A stretch of DNA of 64,000 nt from the human T2T-CHM13v2.0 reference genome, Homo sapiens. A program made the translations under genes and the position numbers. Below the pieces are notes generated by a model, which was given only the letters and a program-made list of their open reading frames with translations, had not been told where the DNA came from and ran no database searches. The DNA is taken from assembly GCF_009914755.1 (NCBI RefSeq), contig NC_060934.1. One strand, 5' to 3'. Below are positions 42,091 to 56,639 of the stretch, piece after piece. Every line of letters starts with the position of its first letter. Position 1 is the first letter of the stretch.

Positions 42091-42746
42091 ATTATAGCTA
42101 TTATATCTATTAATCTGTAACATGTATATTGATTAATTTCAACAATCATTTATTCATTCCTGCTGCTGATGAAGCCTTACAGAGATGAATCAGATTTGTT
42201 TTGGGGGCCCTCAGATCTCCCTGTTAAGTGATGTTTGTTTAAGATGCATGCAACGCTCTACCCTGCAGAGAGTGGACTCATAATGGAGGTGAACTTACAT
42301 GGAGGAATTGGTGAGAATCACAGTCATTGCTAATATTAGGTGAAGACAGGAGATTTGTAAGGACAAAAAGAAGGAGCTGCCCAACATTGAAAAGAAGATA
42401 CTGAAGTGTGAATATAGCCAATATGGAAAGGGGCAATATAGAGAGTTTGGAATTGATAAAGGAAAAACAATGGAAAGAAATCATCAGAGAAATTTAAATG
42501 AACTAACAAATAATATGGAGACAGACATTTGTTCAAATCTTTACAACATTATAACAAAATAAGCTATTTGAGGTGGAGTGAGTTCCCTGAATCTCAGTGC
42601 TATACCTAAAATGCAAGAGTTCTAAATCTATCACACAACATCTAGAATACAATAGGTATTTAATAAGTGCTTTTTTGTTATTTCTGAATTGACTTTGTTA
42701 GATTATAGACATATTATCAATGAAAATTATGCCATTTAATTTTCTT

Positions 42747-43203
42747 TCTTTTTTTTTTTTTATTATACTTTAAGTTTTAGGGTACATGTGCACATTGTGC
42801 AGGTTAGTTACATATGTATACATGTGCCATGCTGGTGCACTGCACCCACTAACTCGTCATCTAGCATTAGGTATATCTCCCAATGCTATCCCTCCCCCCT
42901 CCCCCCACCCCACCACAGTCCCCAGAGTGTGATATTCCCCTTCCTGTGTCCATGTGATCTCATTGTTCAATTTCCACCTATGAATGAGAATATGCAGTGT
43001 TTGGTTTTTTGTTCTTGCGATAGTTTACTGAGAATGATGGTTTCCAATTTCATCCATGTCCCTACAAAGGACATGAACTCATCATTTTTTATGGCTGCAT
43101 AGTATTCCATGGTGTATATGTGCCACATTTTCTTAATCCAGTCTATCATTGTTGGACATTTGGGTTGGTTCCAAGTATGTTTATTGCGGCATTATTCACA
43201 ATA
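42747..43203 (-). mobile_element. Young L1PA2-like 3' end with a roughly 30-bp 5' inversion
   Basis: Perfect TSD GCCATTTAATTTTCTT at 42731-42746 and 43204-43219. Sense strand reads CTAGATGACGAGTTAGTGGG (GAG, not the L1Hs-Ta ACA). Inverted tip at 43175-43205. Confidence 0.96.
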
Positions 43204-43410
43204 GCCATTTAATTTTCTTAATGTCTTTTTAAACAGTAGAAATCATACATTAGATGTTAAACTTTTTATTAATATTGATTTTTACTCCATAATCCTGTTT
43301 CTAGAAATATACCTTTAAGATTCATTATATATGTGTCTACAGATTCACTGTCATGATGTTCATCTTAACTACAAAAATGTTGTAAATAGCCTAAATATCC
43401 TCTATCCCAG

Positions 43411-43411
<1 letters not shown>

Positions 43412-43447
<36 letters not shown>
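43412..43447. repeat. (TG)18 microsatellite
   Basis: Perfect TG run followed by a G-rich tract. Confidence 0.97.
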
Positions 43448-43448
<1 letters not shown>

Positions 43449-43619
43449 TCGGGGTGGGGGGGGCGGTGGGAGGAGACGGAGGAATTTCAATAATTTATGG
43501 TACATCCATTCAATAAAACATTGTGCAGACGTTAAAATTTAAGGTTTAGAATATTCAATCACAGGAAAGGTAAGTCACTTTCCTCTTTCCACTTCTATGA
43601 AACCATGCTTTCACACTGC

Positions 43620-44722
43620 CCCTGCCCCTGACCTCACTGACCTCTCCTGCTTCCATCCACTTCATTGACTGTTGTTTCTCTTGCCAACTGCTGAACTCCT
43701 CCGAGGGTCTCCTCTGATATCATATGTACCTTGTTCTATAAATCCAGGGCCAACGTCAGTGCCAAAGTCAATGTCCCACATTCATATCTTCAGTTCAGGC
43801 CTCTTCTGTGAACTCCAGATAAGCAGACCTCATGACCTACCTAAAACCTCCACTTGGATGTTTCACAGCATCTCAAATCGCACATACCTAAAAATGAAGC
43901 TCTCAATTTCCCCATCCCTACCTCCCCTCAAAGAAAAGCAACTCAAAGTTAGTCTTCCCCTAGCCGGATCCATATCAGTCAGCATCACCACCTTTTTAAA
44001 AACCTTGAAGACATAACTGACCACCGACATCCAGCCATTAGCATAGATAACTGGTCTATTTCCAAAGTATATCTCAGAAGTTTGTATTTTTCCCCATCCC
44101 TGATGCTACCAATGCAGGCCTCGCCACCATGGCACGTTGCCTGGACTACTGCAATAGCTTCCTAATTGGTCTCTCAGCTTCTGATTTGTCCCCTCACAAT
44201 ATGTTCTCCAGACATTGGTCAGAGGGATGTTTCCTTTAAAAAATGATAAGATTAAGTAACACACTCTCTTGCTTAAAATCCATTCATGGCTTCCTCCTTT
44301 ATTTAAAGTAAAAATTATCTTTTGCTTAAAAGACCCTATTCTTCTTATCCAATTTGACTTCTTAATTTCTTCTGTTTCCACCCTACTGCCCTCCGCCAGT
44401 CCCTCCTGCATACCAAGGTCCTTCCCACACCAAGGCCTACAGGGTTGCTATCCGCTTCACTGAGGCCACTATTCTGGCTGCCACCATGTTCCCAAACCCT
44501 CTGGTCTCAGGCTGCACTCCAGCTATATTAGTCTTTGCTTCTGAACTTTTTCCTCATCAGAATACTTTACTGTAAGCTCTAATGTTAAGTTTCCTGGCTG
44601 CTGTCTCCCTCTGTGCCCTGTCAGTTCTAGGAGGACATGGGAACTATTAATCACCACTGCATCCCCAGGGCTGGAGAGGCCTACACAAAGGGGGCATTCA
44701 CACATGCTTTATAAATGAATAG
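43620..44722 (+). mobile_element. L2 3' region
   Basis: CTCCACTTGGATGTTTCACAGCATCTCAAA, CCTGGACTACTGCAATAGCTTCCTAATTGGTCTC and terminal AAATGAATAGA. Confidence 0.85.
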
Positions 44723-45201
44723 ATTGTTAATCAATGCTAAAAATCAGATTTCCAAATAGGATCATCCTACTATATTGGTAAAACCAGAAGTATGAAGGGA
44801 GTGATTGTGTGTGTGTAAAAGGATTGGAAAGATTAAAACCAGAATATTAACCCTGGTAATTGATGAGTGAGGCATTATTTATGGAAGATTTGGGTCTTTT
44901 TTCTATTTTCCAAAGATTCTACATTACATATATGATTTGGATCATGGGGGGAAGATGTTATTTTTTAAAAGATGCCAAATTTAAGTGAAAGTTTTCAGTA
45001 GGCAGGTGTGGCCTGGCCGATCTCTGGAGGTCATTGGTAAATGCTCTGGTTTCTGAGAATCTCTGTCTCAAGCAGACATAATGAGCACATCCTTGAGTTT
45101 GGCCAATTTGCTGATTTTAATTTGCTCAGGAGTGAATCCACTTCCCCGAGGCTCGACTTCATCCCCCCACATTTCCTTCCTAGTAAGGTGAAGAGTCCCT
45201 G

Positions 45202-45247
45202 GCACCCTCCTGCTTCTCTCTCATGCACCCTCCTGCTTCTCTCTCAT
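45202..45247. repeat. Perfect 23-bp tandem duplication
   Basis: GCACCCTCCTGCTTCTCTCTCAT occurs twice in tandem. Confidence 0.95.
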
Positions 45248-46635
45248 TTGGGGTTTTTCTTATCCCTTGCAATAATTGCCAAATGTTAACCCTGGATCAG
45301 AGGACAGAAAGGAGATAATGCCTTGAGCTTAATTCAACCTGCATTTTAACAAGCTACCTTCTGGTTTCACAGGATACACCCCACAGAGGCGATTACAGAA
45401 GCCTGCCTCCCTGCCTTGCTTTCTCCCCACTGAGCCTCTGATCTCTCACCCGCAGGAGCTGTCCTGCCCCAATTCCCAGGGCAGTCAGGTGGCAGGGCCC
45501 TGAATCACCCTCCCCAAGGACTGACCTAGAACAGGGAGTTCGAACACAATGACAGACTCTAAAGGCCTAGACTCCCCCTCTTTCAGCAGGAATCATGGAA
45601 TACCACTGTAGGGCTGGCCTCAGACTTTTGTATCCATTTCCACCTACAGGCACTTACCCCACATTAGTTACACATGAAATGTTTGAAGTTCTCTGCAAGC
45701 TAACTCAGGTTACCTCATGTGATCATGTTACTTTTTTTTAATGCTTCTTCTTATAATATGCGTAACTTCTCCTTGCTTCTTTCCAAATTAAAGTTACGTT
45801 TATCCTTAACTGCTCATCTCAAGAATCCTCCTGGGAAGCTTCCTGAGTGCTCTTTGCTGTGCCTTCCCTGTCCTTTCTGCATGCCCAACTAAACTAACTC
45901 ACTTTGTCCTGGACCAGTGGAGGCAACTGGCTTCTAACAGACCTCACCAGCACTTGCACATACGAACCAGCCTCCAACTACTAGGGAAAGAGCACGTGCT
46001 CCTGGCAAGGCACAAAATTGTTCTTTGTACAGTTCCTCCGTCATCTTCCAGGAACTCTGCTCCTTAACTCTCCACTCTTTGTCCAATATCGGAAGCATCA
46101 CATTTCCAACATTAGCTTTGGCCCATCGAATTTGGAGGCCTGTTTGGACTCGATGGATACCACTCCCAGCTAGACATGGAGCAACCTTTGCTCTGTGGAG
46201 TTTGGAATTAACACTCCAAGTGACAGGCACTCTCAAAGCTACACACATTCTCCTCTCTGCCATGGGACAGAAATTTGGCAGCAGGTGAGTTGTATCTGTT
46301 TACATTTTTGACTCCCCCAGCATACAGAGTTCTCTCAGGGCAAAGACCTGTCCCCATTCTGTGTGTTACCCATGTTTGGCAGAGTGCTCCAAAGCTGGAG
46401 GAGAAGGCTGGGAGGATTTGGTACATGAAGGACTCCTCATATTCCCTAATTGGTTCTCCTTGCTACACAGAGGCTGACTGTGAGTCTCAATGGGGATCTT
46501 CGGGCTCCACATTCCTAAAGCAGAGATCACTGGCTTCATCTCATTGCTGCGATGAGATGGGGTGCAGAATGGAGCCCCTGTATAGCCGCTAGGCCCCAAT
46601 ACATGGCCTCATGGCAGTGGACTTCTGTCTTGATC

Positions 46636-46772
46636 TGTGTGTGTGTGTGTATGTGCATGTGATGTGCATGTGTGTGTATATGTGTGTGTGTGTGTATTTG
46701 TGTGTGTTTGTATATTTGTGTGTGTGTTTGTGTATTTGTGTGTATGAATATTTATGTGCGTGTGTGCATATT

Positions 46773-46811
<39 letters not shown>
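46636..46811. repeat. Compound/degenerate (TG)n tract
   Basis: About 175 bp of TG units interrupted by TA, TT and CA, ending in a pure run. Confidence 0.95.
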
Positions 46812-46814
<3 letters not shown>

Positions 46815-47282
46815 GGGCTCTACCTCACTATTGAATCCCAGGTTTCTTGCCTAGACTCTGGTTATTGGCTGCCTGCATTTTAACCTGGATCCAGTTATTG
46901 GTTCTCCCCTCACTTGGTGTCTCTAAATCCCCAATAGAGCTAAAGATCGTCATGCAGTGGCTTTTTAAAAAATATTCCCATGTAAATAAATCATTTTGAT
47001 ATAAATCATGGTAATAGTAATGACCAGAAAGAAAAGCACAGACAGGGAAAATATTGTTTTAAATTTCAACTAATTGTGAATTTTTGTAGATAAGTGTAAA
47101 ATACCTGTTTCACTGTTTTAAAATTCAAACATAAACTTCAATGAAGTAACTCAACTTCTATTTGATTGTCTCCAAAATTACCATTAATTTCTAATTTACC
47201 ACTTAAACACAGGCACTTGGAGTAGCACAGGGCTGAGAGGGATCGGCTGCAGTAGAAATGAGGTCAAATGACTGCCAACTTT

Positions 47283-49841
47283 TTTCTTTATTAAGTTCCA
47301 GGGTACATGTGCAGGATGTGCAGGTTTGCAACATAGGTAAACATGTGCCATGGTAGTTTGCTGCACCTATCATCCTGTCACCTAGGTATTAAGCCCAGCA
47401 TGCATTAGCTATTTTTCTTAATTCTCACCCTCCCCCAGCTCCACCCCTCTGACAGGCCCCAATGTATGTTTTTCCCCTCCCTATGTCCATGTGCTCTCCT
47501 TGTTCAGCTCACATTTATAAGTGAGAACATGTGGTGTTTAGTTTTCTGTTCCTGCATTAGTTTGCTTAGGATAATGGCCACCAGTTCCCTACATGTCCCT
47601 GCAAAGGACATAATCTCATTCATTTTTATGGCTGCATAGTATTCCATGGTGTTTATATACCACTATTCCTTTAATAGATCAGTCTATTATTGATGGGCAT
47701 TTGGGTTGATTCCATGTCTTTGCTATTGGGAATAGTACTGCAATGAACATACTTGTGCATGTATCTTTGTAATGGAATGATTTATATTCTTTTGGGTATA
47801 TACTCAGTAATGGGATTGCTGGATCAGATGGTATTTCTGGTTCTAGATCTTTGAGGAATCACCACATCGTCTTCCCCAATGGTTGAACTAATTTACATTC
47901 CCACCAAAAGTGTAAAAGCGTTCCTATTTCTCCACAACCTCACCAGCATCTGTTGTTTCTTGACTTTTTAATAATCGCCATTCTGACCGGCATGAAATGG
48001 TATCTCATCGTGGTTTTGATCTGCATTTCTCAAATGATCAGTGATGTTGAGCTTTTCTTCATGTTTGTCGGCCACATGAACGTCTCCTTTTGAGAAGTGT
48101 CTGTTCATGTCCTTTGCCCTCTTTTTAATGGGTTTTTTATTCTTGTAAATTTTTTTGAGTTACATGTAGATTCTGGATATTAGAGCTTTGTCAAATGGAT
48201 AGATTTCAAAAATTTTCTCCCACTCTGTAGGTTGCCTGTTTGTGCTGATGTATTACAGGAAGTCAGGGACCCCGAACGGAGGGACCCGCTGGAGCTGCAG
48301 CAGAGGAACATAAATTGTGAAGATTTCATCTTAATATGGAAAATATGGAAATTTTCAGTTCTCAAATAATGCTTTTATAATTTCTTGTGCCTGTCTTTAC
48401 TTTAATATCTTAATCCTGTTATCTTCGTAAGCTGAGGATGTACATCACCTCAGGACCACTGTGACAATTGTGTTAACTGTATAAATTGATTGTAAAACAT
48501 GTGTGTTTGAACAATATGAAATCAGTGCACCTTGAAAAAGAACAGAATAATAGCAATTTTTATGGAACAAGGGAAGACAACCATAAGGTCTGACTGCCTG
48601 CAGGGTCGGGCAAAAATAGCCATATTTTTCTTCTTGCAGAGGGCCTATAAATGGATGTGCAAGTAGGAAACATATCACTAAATTCTTTTCCTAGCAAGGA
48701 ATATTAATATTAATACCCTGGGAAAAGAATGTGTTCCTGGGAGGAGGTCTATAAACAGCCACTCTGGGAATGTTTGTCTTGTGCAGTTGAGATAAGGACT
48801 GAGATAAGCCCTGGTCTCCTGCAGAACCCTCAGGCTTATTAGGGTGGGGAAAAACCCCACCCTGGTAAATTTGTGGTCAGACTGGTTCTCTGCTTTCGAA
48901 CCCTCTTTTCTGTTGTTTAAGATGTTTATCAAGACAATACATGCACCACTGAACATAGACCCTTATCAGTGGTTCTGCTTTTGCCCTTTGCCGTGTTCCC
49001 TCAGAAGCATGTGATCTTTGTTAGTCCCTTATCAGTGGTTCTGCTTTTTGCTCTTTGAAGCATGTGATCTTTGTACCTACTCTCTGTCCTGACACCCGGT
49101 ACCCTTTTGAAACCCTTAATAAAAACTTGCTGGTCTGAGACTCAGGTGGGCATCATGGTCCTACCAATATGTGATGTCATCCCTGGCAGCCCAGCTGTAA
49201 AATTCCTCTCTTTGTACTGTCTCTCTTTATTTTTCAGCTGGCCGACAATTATGGAAAATAGAAAGAACCTACGTTGAAATATTGGGGGCAGGTTCTCCCA
49301 ATACTGATGATAGTTTCTTTTGCTGTGCAGAAAGCTCTTTAGTATCCCATTTGTCAATTTTTACTTTCATTGCCATTGCTTTTGATGCTTTTGTCATGAA
49401 ACCTTTCCCAGTGTATATGTCTTGGATGGTATTGCCTAGATTTTCTTCTAGGGTTTTTATAGTTTGGGCTTTTACATTCAAGTCTTTAATTCATAATGAG
49501 TTAACTTTTATGTAAGGTGTAAGGAAGGGGTCCAGTTTCAATCTTCTGCATACCGCTAGCCAGTTCTCCCAGCACCATTTATTAAATAGGGAATCCTTTC
49601 CCCATTGCTTGTTTCTGTCAGGTTTGTCAAAGATCAGATGATTGCAGATGTAAGGTCTTATTTCTGAGTTCTCTATTCTGTTCCATTTGTCCATGTGTCT
49701 GTCTCTTTGAAGTATAGTTTGAAGTCAGGTAACATGATGCTTCCAGCTTTGTTCTTTTGGCTTAGGATTGTCTTGGCTACACGAGCTCTCTTTTGGTTTC
49801 TTATCAATTTTAAAATAGCATTTTCTAATTCTATGAAGAAT
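47283..49841 (-). mobile_element. 5'-truncated L1PA (about PA8-11), interrupted by MER11A
   Basis: Perfect 17-bp TSD AAATGACTGCCAACTTT at 47266-47282 and 49842-49858. ORF2p fragments ([31 protein letters not shown]). Confidence 0.95.
48251..49303 (+). mobile_element. MER11A solo LTR (HERV-K11/HML-8)
   Basis: GGAAGTCAGGGACCCCGAACGGAGGGACC..GAACATAAATTGTGAAGATTTCATCTTAATATGG. Ends GAAATATTGGGGGCAGGTTCTCCCAATA. Perfect 6-bp TSD CTGATG at 48245-48250 and 49304-49309. Confidence 0.95.
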
Positions 49842-50101
49842 AAATGACTGCCAACTTTAAGAACTTACTCTGACAATAACAACATGTAGCTGAGTCTATA
49901 GGTGCCTGGGGCCAAATGTATAACTGGTGTTTCTCAAAATTAATATGACGGTTGTTAAATATAATGTTTATTGAAAGATAAGTAGAAAAACTCAACAATA
50001 ACTGGATCAATTGTTTATAACTTAGATCACAAAATAACTGGGAAGGGGAGAACATTTTCTTACTGAAATTGTTTAGAATTGGTGGAGCATGGGGATAATA
50101 G

Positions 50102-50512
50102 AGTTACGGGGTGAATTGCGCTTCCCCCATATCTATATATTAAAGCCCTCACCCCTGGCACCTTACAATATGACTGTATTTGGAGATAAAGCTTTTAAAG
50201 AGGTAATTTGGGTAAAATGGGGCCATTAGGGTGGGGCCTAATCCAATATTATGACGGGTGTTCTTATAAGAAGAGGAAATTTGAACACACAAAGAGACAC
50301 CAGGGATAGATGATCACAGAGGGGAGACCAGGTGAAGACATGGTGAGAAGACAGCCGTCTGCAAGCCACAGAGAAAAGTCTTAGGAGAAATCAACCTGCC
50401 CACACCTTGATCTTGGACTTCCAGCCTCCAGAACTGTATGAAAATTAATTTCTGTTGTTTAAGCCACTCAGTCTTTGATACTTTGTGATGGCAGCCTAAG
50501 AAAACGGATACA
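50102..50512 (+). mobile_element. MLT1B-like MaLR solo LTR
   Basis: GACTGTATTTGGAGATA..CCTAATCCAATA..ACCTTGATCTTGGACTTCCAGCCTCCAGAACTGT..GATACA. Flanks AATAG/AATAT. Confidence 0.9.
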
Positions 50513-52491
50513 AATATAAAACATTGATTTTCAGAACACTGCAGTGTTCTTTTTATTTACAAACAATGCAGCCCAGGGTAGACTCTGCCTCCTGCTTTCT
50601 CCATCCAATGCTGCTTGTCCCTATACTCTATGGAGGATGCCCAGGGGCCCTCCAGTCTGAACTGACAGCTCCAGGGCCAAACAATGTTGGTCCTCTTGCT
50701 ACAAGGAAACCATAATTTCCTGAAAATCCTGAAAGATAACTGGAGCATGCAGCTGTTCCATAGAAAATACCCACCCCAGTCACAGAGGCAGAGACATATT
50801 CCAGAAGATATTAATACATGTCCAGGGATGGCAGTGGTTGTGGAGACTGTTCCATGGGTGGTGCCCATGGGAGAGACCGTGGGGCCACAGGCAAGATGCT
50901 TCCCACACCTGCTCCATGCAGGAGGTCATGAAAGCAAATACAGAATTGTCTACAGAGATGTTCCATACACACAGCCTTAGAGGCATCGACAGATGGTACA
51001 GAGAAAAATGCCCCTATCTGCGACCACACACTCACCCAGGGATTGATCTCAGATGCAACCTGAAACAGGAGCCAGACATGACACCAGTGATCTTCAGATA
51101 CCAGTGAGTATTTCAGGAAACACACTCTTGTCTGGAGATCAAAGAAGCCCAGCAAATGTTTCACTAAAGGTGGCCTGCAGAGATGATCCCCAAAGCTCAG
51201 GACAATGACATCCCAAGGTCAGAGAAAGGAGCAGGAAGGCCCCAGATAGCAGTCTTTGCAGAATTTCCATCTAGAGGACTGTCGCTCTATCTCCCGTCTT
51301 AGCTTGGCACCCAGCTCCTTTTCTCTCTGCCAAGAGATGGGCCCTCTGTCCTCAAGGTGCAGACACAATTTCTGAGTTTGCTTGAGAATGCTATCCTCAT
51401 CCCCTGGGCTTAAGTCAGAAGGCAGGGCATTGTCACAGGATGTGGATTGGAGGCTTTTCATAAGGAATAAAAGTTTGCAAAGGCTAGATAAAGTCCAGGA
51501 AAGCAGATCAGGGTTGAATGGGCTGAAGATGTTTTCCTTGCAACCTCCAACACTATTCTCTGCTTTTTTCTAAGCATGTTAGCACTTCTCTAAAACTGAA
51601 TAATATTACAAATTATAAGTAATTACCCATGTGAGGAATGATTGGTAACAAAGGCAAAGGACAGAGAGGTACAGGCAAGGTTTATCCAGGAAGTGCTAGT
51701 TGGACTGCAGGGAGCTCAGGCTTTCCATGAATATCTTTTTTCCTCCTCCCATGATGCAGCCACCCACATTCCCAACCACCTCCTCACTCTCCACTCCTGC
51801 ACCTGATTCAGAGCCCCTCTCTGACTCTCATGTTCGCTCTCTCTTTCTTTATTACCCAGTGCTGCAGTGGTAATAATTGCATTTATAGTCCGGGTCATTA
51901 TGATGCCTCTGGGGATCCCACTGCTGAGCTCATTCAGGCTGGCAGTTGCTTGGGAGAGGCAAACGCCCCAAAGGGAACTCAGACAGTTTTCAATTATAGA
52001 TCAGTAGAAATCCCCCTGCTGAGTGTGCACCTTTGGAACACTTATAGGCAAGCAGGGGCAGGGCCAACGGGTGGGAGGAGAGCTTCAGTAGATGTGATGC
52101 ATTGGGAATTTCTATCCAACTCCCCCTGGCCTCTCCATCTATTAGCACCTGCCTGCAATGGCATAGAAAAGATAAGGGCAACAGATGCAGTTACCTCTAT
52201 GGGGAGAGAGGTTTTGTTATTGATATCGGGTTTTAAATTGCCAAGGCATTATGGTAATAAAAAGCAGACCAACTTTTAGTTGATATTAGTATTGCTTTTA
52301 AATTTCCTGCAAAGAATGCACCTCTTTATGATGGGCGCCCAGAACAGACTTCCCCACTGCCCAATCCTTGACATGCTACTGTCAACCTGGGCATCAGTAC
52401 CCTTGCACACTAGTAAGCATAGCCAATCACTATCTCAGACCAATCAGATTGGCATCTCCATTTCCCAAGATGTGGATAATGGAAAAGCTGC

Positions 52492-52518
<27 letters not shown>
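52492..52518. repeat. A27 homopolymer with no attached element
   Basis: Seen directly. Confidence 0.95.
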
Positions 52519-52523
<5 letters not shown>

Positions 52524-52959
52524 TTGAACAAGGGACAAGCTAACAAATCTTCCTCCATGTAGTACTATAAAATTCCTTCAGAAAAAACAAAAACAAATTA
52601 GGGCCAACAGAGATGCCTGGGGGGACCTGGACTTCTTGCAGTGATAGAAAATGTGATTTCCCAGTTAACACAGTGGTTTTCAAACCTTGATCATATTCAT
52701 CTATTTACTTCTAGACAAGTTCCCATGATTTTTTTCCATCAGACCAATAAATGATTCTGCTCTCTGAATACTTAGGGTCTCACTTTCCTCCTTAGATGGT
52801 TTGTGCTTGGCAAAAGAAAAAAAAGTGCACGAAAACAGAGTTGGGAGAAGTTGAAAGGACTCTAAAATGAAAGAAAGGAGACACAATTTCTAATTCTGGC
52901 TCTCCCATTCACTAACTGGGGGACCATGTATATAAGTCAGCTCAGCCTGCTACAAAAAA

Positions 52960-53145
52960 ATAGCTAACTAATTGGCTCACACAACAGAAATAAATTTGTT
53001 AGGCTAGAATTCCCAAGTCAGGGTATAGCAGGGTTGGTTTCTGGGGCTCTCTTCTTGACTTGCTTTCTCATCTTCTTGCTGTGTCTTCACAAGTCAGGGC
53101 CGGATTAGAGTGGGGGAAGTGGAGAGAGAGAGAGAGAGACCGAGA

Positions 53146-53176
<31 letters not shown>

Positions 53177-53354
53177 CTCTGACTCTTCTTATGAGAACAT
53201 TAATCCTATCAAATCAGGGCACCATCTTTATGACATCATTTAACTTAATTCCTTAATGACTTCCTCAGAGGCCCCATCTCTAAATATAGCCACATTAGGC
53301 ATTAGGGCTTCAACATATGAATTTGGGGTTGATGCAAACATTCAGTCAATGACA
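52960..53354 (-). mobile_element. MLT1A-like MaLR LTR
   Basis: ACAACAGAAAT..GCAGGGTTGGTTTCTG..TAGGGCTTCAACATATGAATTTGGGG..AACATTCAGTCAATGACA. Confidence 0.8.
53122..53176. repeat. Interrupted (GA)n microsatellite
   Basis: Seen directly, inside the LTR. Confidence 0.95.
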
Positions 53355-53387
53355 CCATAAAAATCATCTTCACCTCTCTTAGCTTTA

Positions 53388-56254
<2,867 letters not shown>

Positions 56255-56469
56255 GTGGGTAAATACTTGCCTTAAATCATCAACAAGTGAGAAAACAATG
56301 GAAAGCAACATAGCTAGAAATGTAGAGAGCATGATACCCACTAAAAAATTATTATCATCATTATTATGCCAGCTTCAGATTACTAAAGTTTTGCACTGTG
56401 AAAAACCAAACTTAAAGATTTCTGAGTTCAGTCTCTGTGATGTAGCAAGGAGGAAAGTGGAGCAGAGGA

Positions 56470-56610
56470 ATTTAGTATCAGAAAAATAAACTTTGGAGTC
56501 AGATGGGTTCAAATCATGATCTATTAGCTGTGTCATACTCTAATATTACTACAGTTAGTATCAGTTGCCTCACTTGTTTAAGAAAAATAGTTCTTTTCTC
56601 ATGATGATGA
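56470..56610 (+). mobile_element. MIR fragment
   Basis: ACTTTGGAGTCAGATGGGTTCAAATC..CTATTAGCTGTGT. Confidence 0.65.
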
Positions 56611-56639
56611 AACAAAAAGAATTGGAGTAATCACATCTC

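Noticed and set aside
46611-46883. Cys/Val-rich ORFs
   Set aside because: Translation of the (TG)n tract.
48251-48260. G-to-A changes at the MER11A 5' terminus (TATTACAGG versus TGTTGCGGG), suggesting APOBEC3 editing
   Set aside because: Too few sites, one is CpG decay, and no element-wide G-to-A excess is apparent by eye.
48955-49080. Internal direct repeats CCCTTATCAGTGGTTCTGC..GAAGCATGTGATCTTTG
   Set aside because: A native feature of MER11 LTRs.
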